Part shown: positions 8,525 to 19,690 of the stretch, piece by piece
How the letters are laid out: each line of letters opens with the position of its first letter
Numbering within the stretch: position 1 is the first letter of the stretch
Source: Candidatus Hydrogenedentota bacterium
GTDB taxonomy: Bacteria; Hydrogenedentota; Hydrogenedentia; Hydrogenedentales; SLHB01
DNA: 64,000 nucleotides
Direction of reading: 5' to 3'
Assembly: GCA_045863295.1 (NCBI GenBank)
Contig: BTWA01000014.1
Coordinates: 1-64,000, forward strand
Position numbers and translations under genes: made by a program
Notes under the pieces: generated by a model
The model's input: only the letters and a program-made list of their open reading frames with translations
What the model was told of the DNA's origin: nothing
Database searches by the model: none

Positions 8525-11089
8525 ATGTCTTCTGAACTCATGTCGGATTTGAGTCTCCAGTCAAAGGCCCAGGCCCGCTTCATTCAGCGAACCATCAACC
8601 TGAAACGGCTGTTCTACACGCGCTACAAATACATGATTGGCGTTGCGGCCGCCGTTTCCTTCGGACTCGCGATACCGGGCTGGTTCCTGATTTCTCCTCA
8701 ATACATGGCAACTGCGGTAGTCCAGTTTTCCCCAACGAGACCGTCCGTGCTTCCATCCGGTCAGGCGGAGGTGATCACCGACTATACGGCCTATGTGGAA
8801 ACCGAAGCCAACAAAATGCGCGGAGCCGTCGTACAAGCCCGGGTGGCCATGGATGCCGAAGTGCTTAAGTCTCCCATCATTGGAAAGCAAGCCGATCCGA
8901 CGGCATACCTGATGAAGCACATTAGTGCCGTTCACACTCCCAACACGCAACATGTGGACATCTCTTTTCAATCGGAAGACCGTACCACCGCGTTGAACGT
9001 GGTTAACGCAACGGTGAAGGAATACACAAAGCTCGCAACGGCGGCGGAGGCAAGCCGGCAAGGGCAACTCACGCAAGTGCTGATTGACGAACGAAAACGC
9101 CTCGACGGTGAATTGGACCGGCTTACCAAGGAAATACAGGCCCGCCGTGACAGTCTGGGCACGCTCCCGCTCTCCAATGAAGGCAGCGCCGATCCGGAAT
9201 CACGGTCGTATCACGACAACTACGCGAAATCACTGCAAGACCAGACTACCGCCGAAGTGCGGGCGGAAGAACTCCAAACGAAGGTAGCCCGCCTGGAAGA
9301 ACTGTCGAAAGAGAATGCATCGAACCCAGGAAAGAAGATTTACGAGTTCGGTGTGGAAGCACGTGTACCCACGGACCCCACCGTGATGGAGCTCAAACGG
9401 CAACTCGCCATTGAAGAAGCCAAGCTGGCAAGCGTGGCGGATACTTTCCTGCCCGATCAACCCAAGGTCAAGGTACAGCAAGATCAGGTGGCCGCCATGC
9501 AGCGCCAAGTCGCGGAGTCAGAGACTCGCGCCCGCAAGGATATTCTGCAATCGACGCTGGAGCAGTACCGGTTGGATCACATGACCGCCACGTCGACCGT
9601 CGAGGATGCCCGGAAGCGGGTCGCCGAAATGGAAGTTCGGATTACGGAGTACCAAAAAGAGGCGATTGGGGCCCGAAACGAAAACGATATTGTTCGCGAA
9701 ATGGTGGTCGAGAAACAGGCCACTGCCAATGAACTTCGGCAGATCGATCAATCCATTCGCGAGCGAAACGCCGATAGTCAGGCGCCGGCCAGCATTATGG
9801 AAACCATACCGGCAAATGCGCCCGAGCGCCCGAACAACCGCAAGCGCGTTCAAGTGGTCGCCTTGTGCTTTCTGTTCGGCATCGCATGCGGGCTCGCCCT
9901 TGGGTTCCTGATGGAATTGTTTGACCAGCACTTGCATTCGGCGGAAGACATCCGCTTCGTTACGGACCTGCCCTTGTTTGCATCAGTACCCCACGTGAGC
10001 GCGGACTCCATTCCAAAAGGGGCATCGCCCGCGCTGATTGCGGCGGAGTATCCAGGATCCACGACCGCCAACGAATACCGGCGCGTACTAACCCGCATCG
10101 TGTATCCTCCGGAAGGTTCGGCCGAAATCAATACGTGTCTCGTAACCAGTGCTTCGCGAGGCGATGGCAAAACCACGTTGGCCACGAACCTGGCCATTGT
10201 ACTGGCGCAGGCAAACCGGCGCGTGTTACTGCTCGACATTTCCGCACGACGGCCCGGCGTGGAAAAGGCTTTTGGCATGAACCCGGGTCCGGGTCTTTCG
10301 GAGGTATTTGCGGGCGAGGTCGCACCGAATGACGTGGTTCGTCCGTCCAACTTCCCCAATTTGTCGATACTTGGACCCGGTCTACAGCCGCAAGAAATCA
10401 TCGGAAAGCTGGCGTCGCGAGACATGGTAGAGTTTCTTGAGCAAGCCGAAGAGGCATTCGAGCACGTGATCATTGACTCGCCGCCGGTCCTGCTCATGTC
10501 AGACGGCAAGTTGGTGGCCCCGGTGGTGGACGGGGTGGTCGTTGTGGCGGGTGTGCGCAACAGCACGATAGGCATGCTGAGAAGAACGATTTCAGACCTG
10601 CAATCCGTGGGCGCGAATCTTATGGGCGTTGTCTTGACCGGCGTGTTGCCCACGCGCGGCGGCTATATGAAGGAAAACCTGGAGCAGTTTTACCAATACG
10701 GTGACGAACTACTGGCCGAAGCGCCCCGCTCGGGCAGGGGATTTCCGTCTCGTGGTGCGGGTCCTGCACCATCCAATACCATTATGCTGGTCGATCTTCC
10801 ACCCAGGCGAGAGTTGGAAACGCTTGACGATGAGTCCGATCCCGAACCGGAATCCCACTACGCAACGCCCGTGCTTGTGGATGACGATGGCGAGACGGTC
10901 TGGGGATCGGATCCGGCCATAGACGATACCGTGGTCGAATCCGCCGAGGACACGGAACCGGACGAGTCGGCATACATGCCTGAAATGGAGGAGGAGCAAC
11001 CAGAAGTGCCACGCTCTAATCCATTTTTCGATCGGCCAGCCAACAATGGTGATCGCGCACCTCGGGCCAAACGCGGTCCATGGGATTGA
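8525..11089 (+). CDS. Wzc-like polysaccharide co-polymerase / BY-kinase with an acidic C-terminal tail
   Basis: Two TM segments flanking a coiled-coil periplasmic region; SASRGDGKTT Walker A; VIIDSPP Walker B. Confidence 0.88.
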   Translation: MSSELMSDLSLQSKAQARFIQRTINLKRLFYTRYKYMIGVAAAVSFGLAIPGWFLISPQYMATAVVQFSPTRPSVLPSGQAEVITDYTAYVETEANKMRGAVVQARVAMDAEVLKSPIIGKQADPTAYLMKHISAVHTPNTQHVDISFQSEDRTTALNVVNATVKEYTKLATAAEASRQGQLTQVLIDERKRLDGELDRLTKEIQARRDSLGTLPLSNEGSADPESRSYHDNYAKSLQDQTTAEVRAEELQTKVARLEELSKENASNPGKKIYEFGVEARVPTDPTVMELKRQLAIEEAKLASVADTFLPDQPKVKVQQDQVAAMQRQVAESETRARKDILQSTLEQYRLDHMTATSTVEDARKRVAEMEVRITEYQKEAIGARNENDIVREMVVEKQATANELRQIDQSIRERNADSQAPASIMETIPANAPERPNNRKRVQVVALCFLFGIACGLALGFLMELFDQHLHSAEDIRFVTDLPLFASVPHVSADSIPKGASPALIAAEYPGSTTANEYRRVLTRIVYPPEGSAEINTCLVTSASRGDGKTTLATNLAIVLAQANRRVLLLDISARRPGVEKAFGMNPGPGLSEVFAGEVAPNDVVRPSNFPNLSILGPGLQPQEIIGKLASRDMVEFLEQAEEAFEHVIIDSPPVLLMSDGKLVAPVVDGVVVVAGVRNSTIGMLRRTISDLQSVGANLMGVVLTGVLPTRGGYMKENLEQFYQYGDELLAEAPRSGRGFPSRGAGPAPSNTIMLVDLPPRRELETLDDESDPEPESHYATPVLVDDDGETVWGSDPAIDDTVVESAEDTEPDESAYMPEMEEEQPEVPRSNPFFDRPANNGDRAPRAKRGPWD

Positions 11090-11208
11090 GCGCCTTCGCA
11101 AAATCCTGCATGGCGAAGTCTGGGAACGAGGAAAAGTTATGACGTTAACGCGGACAGACCCGATTCTAATGAGTCGCGGGTTTGCCAATTGAGGAATCCG
11201 CAGACCCA

Positions 11209-12003
11209 ATGATTGCTTCCCCAACATCACTGGACCTCGTACCGCTTTTTGGTATCACGTTCAACAACGTTGACTTCGAACAAGTGTGTGAATTGATAGA
11301 AGAGCGTATACAATCGCGCGTTCCTGGTTTCATTACAACGCCGAACGTGGACCATATCGTAAAGCTGCACCGGGATCCCGCATTCCTCGAATCCTATGCA
11401 AAGGCATGGCTGATTCTGGTCGATGGTACCCCCGTGGTTTGGATGTCCAGAATTCTGGGTAAGCCACTAAAACAAAAGCTCAGCGGTTCCGACCTTGTGC
11501 CCATGTTGTCGGAATGGGCGGCCCGCAAGGGATATTCGATCTATCTGTTTGGTGGGCCTAAAGGTGCCGCCGAGGAATCGGGCCAAAAGTTGCAGCAGGA
11601 ATTCCCAGGATTGCGCGTCGCGGGTACACAATGTCCGGCCTGGGGGTTTCACCTTGACCCTGCCGCCAATGCCGATGCGGTGGCACACGTTCGCGCGGCT
11701 GCGCCAGACATATGTTTTGTAGGGCTCGGCGCACCCAAGCAAGAGAGATGGATGGTAGAGAATATGGAGGCGTGCGGGGTGCCGGTAATGCTGGGCATTG
11801 GCGGTTCCTTTGATTTTGTATCCGGTCGGATTCGCCGCGCGCCTTATTGGATGCAGCAGTATGGGTTGGAATGGTTTTGGCGCTTATGCCAGGAGCCCAA
11901 GCGATTGTGGCGCCGGTATTTGCTGGAAGACCCCTACATTTTTGTCCTGTTTTTCCGTGAACTTCTGGCCCGATTCCGGTCTCGTGGTACGCAAACCGCA
12001 TAA
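11209..12003 (+). CDS. WecB/TagA/CpsF family glycosyltransferase (GT26)
   Basis: TPNVDH, LVDGTP, SGSDL, VGLGAPKQERW, GGSFDF, RAP.WMQ..GLEWFWRL..EPKRLWRRY; start uncertain (11182 or 11209). Confidence 0.92.
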   Translation: MIASPTSLDLVPLFGITFNNVDFEQVCELIEERIQSRVPGFITTPNVDHIVKLHRDPAFLESYAKAWLILVDGTPVVWMSRILGKPLKQKLSGSDLVPMLSEWAARKGYSIYLFGGPKGAAEESGQKLQQEFPGLRVAGTQCPAWGFHLDPAANADAVAHVRAAAPDICFVGLGAPKQERWMVENMEACGVPVMLGIGGSFDFVSGRIRRAPYWMQQYGLEWFWRLCQEPKRLWRRYLLEDPYIFVLFFRELLARFRSRGTQTA

Positions 12004-12027
12004 TCGAAGTGATTTGGTCTCATTCCT

Positions 12028-15000
12028 ATGAAACGCGGCATTTGGACATACGTATTTCTCGCGCTGGCCGGGTTGGCACTTGCCGGCGCGCTGGGCGCAT
12101 TAGGCGTTTTTGTCTACTATCAGCAGCGTGACGCCCGATGGCTCGCCGCCGCGGAATCCGCCTACGACCAGGGAAATTGGAACGAGGCGCGCGACAACTA
12201 CCGTAACTACATCCCGCAGGACCGCGGAAATGTGGTGTTGCTGCGAAAGTTTGCCGATGCCTGCATGCACGTGGTGGAGAATCGAACCGCCGCGATGCGC
12301 GAAGCCGCGACGGCGTATCAGGAAATCCTTGGATTCCAGCCAGATGACGATGCGGTTCGGGCGGAGCTTTACAGCATTTACAGCAAACTCGGCGAGTGGA
12401 GCAGCATCGAGTATTACGCGACCGAATGGCTCAAACGCGACGAAGCCAATCACCAATACCGGTACTGGGTGGCGCAAGCGTTGCAAAAAATGAATCGCAA
12501 CGACGAGGCCATCCGCGCCTACCAGGCGCTTGCCGGTGAAAATACGACGATTGCAGAGGTCTACAACGGATTGGCGTCGTTACTGCGTGACCGGGGCGAC
12601 GAACGCATTGCCTCGCAAGTATATGTGCACGCACTGGAGGAACAACCGGACAACGCGCGCATTCACATAGGATACGCGCGTTTTCTGGCACGCACCCGCG
12701 ATTGGGAATTGGTGAACCAGCAACTTGCCCAGGCAGAGTCCATAGCGCCCGGTGATCCGTTTGTATTGATGGCCCGGGCACATGCGCTGATGCTGAATCA
12801 AAAGTATCCCGAAGCGGTGGCCGTCGCTCAGCAGGCGGTACAGGTGGACCCGGAGTATAGCGAGGGCCATCTTTTCATAGCCAACCTTCAATACTTGGAA
12901 GGTGACGTGAATGCGGCGATTGATACACTTCGATCCCTCGATCCCATCAGACAATTGGACGACTCCTACTTGATACTCACCTTGATTGACTATCTCTATG
13001 AAGTAAAGCGTATTGACGAAGCCAATTCAGAAGCAGCCCGTTTTGAATCGGCATTCCCCGAGAATTTGGTGATCAAGGACTACTTCGCCGCCCGCGAACA
13101 ACTTGCCAACGGCGATGCCGGAAAGGCCATTGAAACACTCGCGCCCGTTATCGAATTGAGACCCGAATTCGCCCTGGGCCGTTTCGCTCTGGCCGTGGCC
13201 TATATCGAAGCAGGGAAGATTGACCTTGGCCGCGTGGAACTGGAGAGTTACCTTGAGCAAAACCCTGGTGATCAGAGAGCACGCTTGTATCTAGCCAGGC
13301 AATTCGGCGAGAAATATTCTCTGCCTGATCTGGCGGCCCAGGCGAAAGCCATGTTGACGGATTCACTCGCCTCCAGCCAGAGGCTCGTTGCGCTGGCCCG
13401 TGCATTGATGGATGCCGCTGTGGACGAACAAATGCTGGAAACGCATGCGGCTGCAATACAGAACCTGCTGGTGCGAGCAACGGAAAGAGACCCCCGCTAT
13501 GCTCCGGCCTATACAGTCACTGCCGAATTGCTCCTCCGGCGAGGAAACACCGAGGGTGCGACGAATGCACTCGACCTCGCGGCAAAGTCGGGTGTGCCCG
13601 CTGAGGAACTCCATATGGCTCAGGCCGAAGTAGCACTCGCGAAGAATGACGAATCGACCGCAAGATCCATACGGGATACGGTCCTCTCCGGAAACGTCTC
13701 CTCGCTTCAAGCCGTGCTGGACTGGACGAGCTTCTTCTTGAGACGCGGCCGTTCCGGGATGGCGCTCGAAACGTTGGATGCCGCATCGCGGCTGTCTGCT
13801 TCCGACATGCAACGCGCTGAGATCGAGCTGGAACGGGCAGAACTGATGGCGCAAGTGGGCCAGTCCGCCGAAGCCGTTAACGTGTTGAAACGCATTGATA
13901 CGAGTGGTCTACGCGATGATCAAGCGGATCAAGTGCATGAATCGATACTCGATCAGCTTCTTAATTTGATGATGATTGATGCGGCAGGGGCCGCTGACAC
14001 TGCCGATGCGATGATGCCAGTTCTGGCCTCTGCAGGCACCTCTAAATCAACGATGAACAGTATTAAAGGATGGATTGCGATTCGAAATGTGCCTCCCCGG
14101 ACGGAAGAAGCACGCACGCTTTTCGAAGCGGCTCTCGCAGACAGTCCCTCCAGTGTGTCATCGTTGCTCGGACTGTCTCAAATTGAGGAAAACAACGGCA
14201 AAAAGACCGAGGCCCTGCGCTACGCGACCAAGGCAAGCAGGGCGTCCGGAGGCGATATTGCCGAGTTGCGCCTGGCCAATCTGCAGGCGGAAATGGGCCA
14301 GTTCCGCCAGGCGGAACGACTTATTTCGCGCATTCTATCCGCAAACCCAAATCACCCTCAGGCGCTTGCGGCAATGATCAGGCTGATGACGGACAGCGCC
14401 AGGCTTGAAATTGCAGAAGGCCTGCTTGACCGCCTGACGGCTGTACTTCCGCCGGAAAACCCATTGCTGCAATCGGCCCAGGGGCGCGTCGCTCTCGCAT
14501 CCAAACCTGCCGGCGAAGCCGAGCAGATCCTGCGCGAAAGGCTCTCTCTCGCGCCGGACGATGTCGAAGCGGTTCGCAATCTTGCGACCCTCCTTGTTCG
14601 GCAGAATAGGCTGGACGAAGCGGAATCGATCTTGAAGTCATTCTCGGAATCAAACGCGAACAACCCAGAGGCTTGGGTGATGCTCGCATCGTTCTATCGC
14701 GGGAAACCGGATGCAACGTCATTGGAGTTTGCGTCGTCGGCTTTGACGCGGGCACTGTTGGCCGATCCGGGATACGTGCCTGCTTTGCGCGACATGATTC
14801 AGGTCCGGCTAAAGCAAGGCAATGAGACGGACGCATTGAGCCTGTGCGACCGCTACCTCAACAGTAACCCCGATGACGAAGACATTCTTCACGTCAAGGC
14901 CCTGCTTTACGCGGACATGAACCGCAATGAGGAGGCGTTGGCACTGGTAGATGCCGCCCTGATTATCGATCCGAGGCCCGAATTCCGCGCGACCCGAGGA

Positions 15001-15240
15001 CTCCTGTACACATCCTTGAATGATTGCGACAAGGCTTTGCACGATTTGGAATTCGTGGCGGCTTTGCGAGATCCGTCGGCCGCCGTGGATTTGGGTATGG
15101 CCGAATGTTTCCTGGCAAAAGGGCGGCGGCAGGATGCGCTCAACCATTTCAACGCGGCCCGTGAAAAATTCAAGCAAGGACAATTCCTGAACAAGGGCCG
15201 CCTTGATCGACTCGCCAAAGCCCTTGGCGTGGAAGGGTGA
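12028..15240 (+). CDS. Membrane-anchored multi-TPR protein (1070 aa, PrsT-like)
   Basis: N-terminal TM helix followed by continuous TPR-like helical repeats. Confidence 0.85.
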   Translation: MKRGIWTYVFLALAGLALAGALGALGVFVYYQQRDARWLAAAESAYDQGNWNEARDNYRNYIPQDRGNVVLLRKFADACMHVVENRTAAMREAATAYQEILGFQPDDDAVRAELYSIYSKLGEWSSIEYYATEWLKRDEANHQYRYWVAQALQKMNRNDEAIRAYQALAGENTTIAEVYNGLASLLRDRGDERIASQVYVHALEEQPDNARIHIGYARFLARTRDWELVNQQLAQAESIAPGDPFVLMARAHALMLNQKYPEAVAVAQQAVQVDPEYSEGHLFIANLQYLEGDVNAAIDTLRSLDPIRQLDDSYLILTLIDYLYEVKRIDEANSEAARFESAFPENLVIKDYFAAREQLANGDAGKAIETLAPVIELRPEFALGRFALAVAYIEAGKIDLGRVELESYLEQNPGDQRARLYLARQFGEKYSLPDLAAQAKAMLTDSLASSQRLVALARALMDAAVDEQMLETHAAAIQNLLVRATERDPRYAPAYTVTAELLLRRGNTEGATNALDLAAKSGVPAEELHMAQAEVALAKNDESTARSIRDTVLSGNVSSLQAVLDWTSFFLRRGRSGMALETLDAASRLSASDMQRAEIELERAELMAQVGQSAEAVNVLKRIDTSGLRDDQADQVHESILDQLLNLMMIDAAGAADTADAMMPVLASAGTSKSTMNSIKGWIAIRNVPPRTEEARTLFEAALADSPSSVSSLLGLSQIEENNGKKTEALRYATKASRASGGDIAELRLANLQAEMGQFRQAERLISRILSANPNHPQALAAMIRLMTDSARLEIAEGLLDRLTAVLPPENPLLQSAQGRVALASKPAGEAEQILRERLSLAPDDVEAVRNLATLLVRQNRLDEAESILKSFSESNANNPEAWVMLASFYRGKPDATSLEFASSALTRALLADPGYVPALRDMIQVRLKQGNETDALSLCDRYLNSNPDDEDILHVKALLYADMNRNEEALALVDAALIIDPRPEFRATRGLLYTSLNDCDKALHDLEFVAALRDPSAAVDLGMAECFLAKGRRQDALNHFNAAREKFKQGQFLNKGRLDRLAKALGVEG

Positions 15241-15244
15241 TTGA

Positions 15245-16822
15245 ATGGCAACCGGCGCCGCTTCCGAAACGCTGAACAAGCCGCCGCAGGACGGAGAACC
15301 GGCGATGGCTGCCGGGATTCCACGCTATCTGATATTGTCCGCCGCTCTTTTTCTTCTTCTCGTTGTATTGTACTGGAATGCGGCGCAATCGCTATACGTA
15401 AACTGGAAGCTTGTGGATTCCTACTATTCACATGGGTTCTTCGTCCCGATCATCAGCTTCTTCTTTGTCTGGCGGGAGCGCAAAAAAATTTCGGCGATTC
15501 CCAGCACCCCCTCTCCTTCGGGAATTGTATGGATTGCCGGTGCCTCGATACTGCTCTTGCTCGGAGATTTTCTCGGATTTACGGTCCTTGGTCATTTATC
15601 AATTCTGCCAATGACGGCTGGCGTTTGCATCGCTTCGATGGGTAAGGCTCGTACTCGTGTGCTCTGGTTTCCGATTACCTTTTTGTTTTTCATGATTCCA
15701 ATTCCGCCTTCGCTCACGCAGAGCGTCGCGCTGAAGCTGAAATTGATCGCCGCATCGAGTGCGGTGGATCTGGCGAATCTGCTCACGCTACCGATGGTGC
15801 AAGAGGGATCCTACATCCACTTCAGAGACGATTTTCTTCTCGTGGGCGAGGTTTGCGGCGGCCTTAGATCCCTGATCGCTCTGCTAGCGCTTGGCGCGCT
15901 TGTGGCCTACATCAGTCCAGTGCGCTGGTGGGCGCGAATCGCACTACTGCTGATGGCGGGACCCATTGCCGTGGCGGCCAACATCGTCCGCATTTTCTTT
16001 CTGTGTGTAGTCGGATATTTTTACGGTAGCGAAGTGGCCGCCGGAAAGGTGCACGATTACTCTGGGATTCTGATTTTTGCCGTGGCCATGACCCTCTTTT
16101 TCATGCTGGAAGTGCCGCTCAGAAGATGGGCTGCCGCGAAAGATACGGCAGCAGCAAGTTCCGATTCGACCGGGCCAGACGTGGCAACCCCCTCCGTGAG
16201 ACCGGTGCTTGTAGCAGGCGCGACGATGACACTTGTCGCTACAATTCACCTAGCGCTCGTGCTGAGTCACGCACAGGCAGCGAAAGCCGCTCCCGAACAG
16301 AATACCCTTAACTTGCCGAACCAAATTGTTGACTATAAGCAGTTGGGATCGGATATCGAGATAGATGAGTACACGAAAGCTTTGCTAGAAACCAGCACGA
16401 TTCTGATTCGCAACTACACCTCGCCGCGCGGACGTCCGGTACAGCTGACCGTCGTACACGCGGGCACCACGCGCAGAAGTTTGCACTTTCCCGAGGTATG
16501 TCTGGTCGGAGATGGATGGGAGATTCGGGAACAGGAACTGGTGCCCATTGGGCTGAGTTTCAACGCGCGAAGGCTCGTGTTGGTCAAAGGCGAAAGCACC
16601 GAAGCCGTCCTGTATTGGTTTAAGACCGGTGATGTCATGACCGGGAACTTCTTCATGAATGCGGCATACTGGGCGAAGAACCAGATACTGATGGGTTCCC
16701 GTTCGTCGTCCATGATCAAATTGACCACGGTGATAGGTCCAGATGGTGAAGAGGCGGCCTTTTCAGCGCTAAGCGATTTCGGTGCGAAAGTGGCCCCGGT
16801 GGTGCGCAACGCGCTCCCTTAG
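15245..16822 (+). CDS. Exosortase (EpsH family) fused to a C-terminal EpsI domain
   Basis: YYSHGFFVP; catalytic Cys in EVCGGLRS, Arg in ANIVRI, His in KVHDYSG; EpsI motifs SLHFPEVCLVGDGW and VLYWF. Confidence 0.9.
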   Translation: MATGAASETLNKPPQDGEPAMAAGIPRYLILSAALFLLLVVLYWNAAQSLYVNWKLVDSYYSHGFFVPIISFFFVWRERKKISAIPSTPSPSGIVWIAGASILLLLGDFLGFTVLGHLSILPMTAGVCIASMGKARTRVLWFPITFLFFMIPIPPSLTQSVALKLKLIAASSAVDLANLLTLPMVQEGSYIHFRDDFLLVGEVCGGLRSLIALLALGALVAYISPVRWWARIALLLMAGPIAVAANIVRIFFLCVVGYFYGSEVAAGKVHDYSGILIFAVAMTLFFMLEVPLRRWAAAKDTAAASSDSTGPDVATPSVRPVLVAGATMTLVATIHLALVLSHAQAAKAAPEQNTLNLPNQIVDYKQLGSDIEIDEYTKALLETSTILIRNYTSPRGRPVQLTVVHAGTTRRSLHFPEVCLVGDGWEIREQELVPIGLSFNARRLVLVKGESTEAVLYWFKTGDVMTGNFFMNAAYWAKNQILMGSRSSSMIKLTTVIGPDGEEAAFSALSDFGAKVAPVVRNALP

Positions 16823-16836
16823 GAAGGAGTTCCAAC

Positions 16837-19668
16837 GTGATTACAAATACATCGTGCCTCCGCGAGGCCCGTTCTCTTTACATGGTCATGGCGTTGCTCA
16901 TCCTGATTGCCGCGGGAGGGTGTAGTGGAAGAAGAAGCCAACAATACACCGATCAGGGAGACACCCTGTTGCGCCTGAACAAGCCGGCGGAAGCATTGGC
17001 GATGTACGAAAAGGCGCTTGCACTGGAAGAATCCAATACTGCCGCTCAGTTGGGGCAGGCGCGCAGCTTGCGCGCGATGGGTCAACCCGAAAAGGCCGCG
17101 CCCATTTACCAGACTGTGATAGCCGGCCCCACGCCACCCGAAGTGGCATTTGCCGAGGCCGTGCAACTCATGCTGAAACTAGGCGAAAGCGGCTCGGCGG
17201 AAACCATCGCCAGAGACTTGCAGAAAACCGATGCAGAGCGCGGAGGCTTGCTCTTGGCACACGTGTTTCGCGAGACGCAACGAGATGCGGACGCTATCGT
17301 ACTCCTAAAGGAATTAAAGACAACTTATCCAGAGTCTCAAAACGTTCGAATGGCCGTTGCATCCGCGTTGGCCAAGGACGCCAAATACGGCGAGGCAGAA
17401 ACGGAATTGATGCCCATTCTGGAGACGGATGGGCCGCAAGCAATCTACGCGCGGATGATGCTTGTCGATATTTACCAACGACAGAACCGCATTGACGATC
17501 TGTTGAAACAACTGCACCAGATGGTCACCCAACGTCCGGCGGACGACAACTTGAAATTGGCGCTTGCGCGGGGATTAGTCGCTGCCGGAAAGATAGAGGA
17601 AGCCGAACAAACCGCCCATCCCGTGCTGGAAAAGACACCGGAATCGCCCTGGGCCAACTACGTCATGGGCGTTTGTCTCGTTGCGAAAGGCGACTACGCG
17701 CATGCACTCGAATGTCTTCAGATTGCGGCGGCAGCGCTCCCCGATGTGCCTGAAGTTGCCACCCAATTGGCCGCCGCACAACAAGGCCGATCTCCAATAC
17801 AGGACCCGGCAACACCTCAGGCAGGCACTAGTCCGGAGTGGCAAGCCTTATGGCAATCGGGACGGATCCGCGATCTGGTGCTTGCTGCTGATGGCGCGAA
17901 CGATTCCAGTGCACGGGAAGCGCAAACATTGGCCGCCGTTTTCTTCCGGAATCGATCGAAGGCCAATGCGTTGGCGGCCACCTTGCCTGCGGACTCCAAA
18001 GTGAAGCAATACGTGGATGAAATTCAGAAAGGCGACTCCGAAACTCTCGTGGCGTTTCTGGACAACTGGCAAGAGTCCGATAAATTCCGAACGGTCATGA
18101 AACTAAATGCAGAGGGGTTCGCCTATGCTCTTATTGGCGCGCGTGCCCGCGCTCTTGACCGGTTCGCAGAATGCGCCAAGGCCAACCCGGACGACGCCGT
18201 CGCCCTGTACAACGTCGCCGGAATGTATCGTGCCGCGGGAATGACGCAGTTCGCGGCCCATGTGCTTCAACAGCTTATCGTGAGGCATCCGGATAATCTG
18301 GAAGCGCGCGAACTTCTGTTTCACGCCTTGCAGGATTCCGGATTCAACGCAGACGCACGGCAATCCGCGGAAGCTACGTTTGCCGTGTTTCCACAGGCCG
18401 TGTCCGCTCGAGTAAATCTGGCACAAGTCTATTTGCGCGACGGCGAAGGACAAGTGGCCATTCAGGTGTTGGAAAGCGGACTGAGAGACCAACCCGATAA
18501 CGTGATGCTGAAGCTTGCGCTGGCGGAAGCGAACTTGGCCCTGGGCAACATCCAGGCAGCCAAAACGCAACTCGCTGAAGTGGCTGCCCCTCCGGCCGCT
18601 GTTGCGGCGGCCCAACGATTGACGGCCATGGCCGATGCCCTCGAGTCCGGGTGGGATCCGGCGGCAAGAACGCTGGAAAGCGTGCCCGCCGTCGAGCGCG
18701 ATGCCGCCAGCAATCTGCTGCTCGCGGCCGCACTCTTGAAATTGCAGAGAAACGACGAAATCGCCAGTGTGCTCGATTTGGTAAAGTCCAATGAACCAAG
18801 CGTGGCGGTCGCGCGAGTGGCATGCTCAAAAGCCGATGACGCCCTCGCAGACGACGAGTCGAAGTTACTTGCCGACGCACTGCGGGCTCAGCCAGATGCC
18901 CTGCACCAGTACATGTTCGGGCTGGCACTTCGTTTCGCACGGTTCAACGATCAAGCCATGAATGCGTTTCAGAAGGCCGATGAAGCTTTGCCGGGACAAC
19001 CCGCACTGGTGGCGTTGCTGCTGTCAACAGTGGCTGACAACGCGCAACTTCAGGATCGGCAGTCGGTCGCCGCCACCTACACGGAGCGATATCCGGATAT
19101 GCCCGCCGCATGGGTGGGAATGGCCGCCGTATTCCGATCCATCGCCAATATCGACGAAGAAGAAAAGGCGTTGCGAAAAGCCGTTGCGATAGCGCCTCAG
19201 TATGGGCCCGCGTGGCGCCGCCTTGCGGATGTGATGAGCACCCGCTCCGACGCCAGCGCCCTTACGCAGGTGTTGAAAAACCTGCTGGAAATCTACCCAG
19301 ACGATCCGGTTGTTTCCAACAACCTCGCGTACACTTTGCTGCAGTCGGGAGGTGATCCCGCTGAAGCGGTGGCGTTGGCGCAAGCCGCCGCGGACACGCT
19401 GGGTGCGAACCCGCAGGTGTTGCATACGCTTGGCCTCGCGCATTTGAAGGCGGGAGACATTGAACAAGGTAAGAAAGAGTTGGGTATTGCGCTCCAGGCT
19501 CGCCCGGGAGATCCCACGCTTCTGCTCGATTTTGGTCAGGCACTCATCGCACAAAACGCGGTTGACGAAGGTAAGAGCCAAGTTCGGCTCGCAATCGCTT
19601 ACGCGGAACAATTGGGGCTTGAGTTTCCTCGTCGGGCCGAAGCCGACGCTCTGCTGAGTAACCCGTGA
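16837..19668 (+). CDS. TPR-repeat lipoprotein (943 aa, PrsT-like)
   Basis: Lipobox-like LILIAAGG-C; TPR repeats including SNNLAYTL and VLHTLGLAH. Confidence 0.85.
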   Translation: MITNTSCLREARSLYMVMALLILIAAGGCSGRRSQQYTDQGDTLLRLNKPAEALAMYEKALALEESNTAAQLGQARSLRAMGQPEKAAPIYQTVIAGPTPPEVAFAEAVQLMLKLGESGSAETIARDLQKTDAERGGLLLAHVFRETQRDADAIVLLKELKTTYPESQNVRMAVASALAKDAKYGEAETELMPILETDGPQAIYARMMLVDIYQRQNRIDDLLKQLHQMVTQRPADDNLKLALARGLVAAGKIEEAEQTAHPVLEKTPESPWANYVMGVCLVAKGDYAHALECLQIAAAALPDVPEVATQLAAAQQGRSPIQDPATPQAGTSPEWQALWQSGRIRDLVLAADGANDSSAREAQTLAAVFFRNRSKANALAATLPADSKVKQYVDEIQKGDSETLVAFLDNWQESDKFRTVMKLNAEGFAYALIGARARALDRFAECAKANPDDAVALYNVAGMYRAAGMTQFAAHVLQQLIVRHPDNLEARELLFHALQDSGFNADARQSAEATFAVFPQAVSARVNLAQVYLRDGEGQVAIQVLESGLRDQPDNVMLKLALAEANLALGNIQAAKTQLAEVAAPPAAVAAAQRLTAMADALESGWDPAARTLESVPAVERDAASNLLLAAALLKLQRNDEIASVLDLVKSNEPSVAVARVACSKADDALADDESKLLADALRAQPDALHQYMFGLALRFARFNDQAMNAFQKADEALPGQPALVALLLSTVADNAQLQDRQSVAATYTERYPDMPAAWVGMAAVFRSIANIDEEEKALRKAVAIAPQYGPAWRRLADVMSTRSDASALTQVLKNLLEIYPDDPVVSNNLAYTLLQSGGDPAEAVALAQAAADTLGANPQVLHTLGLAHLKAGDIEQGKKELGIALQARPGDPTLLLDFGQALIAQNAVDEGKSQVRLAIAYAEQLGLEFPRRAEADALLSNP

Positions 19669-19690
19669 TGCAGGCGAACGTGAACCAGGT

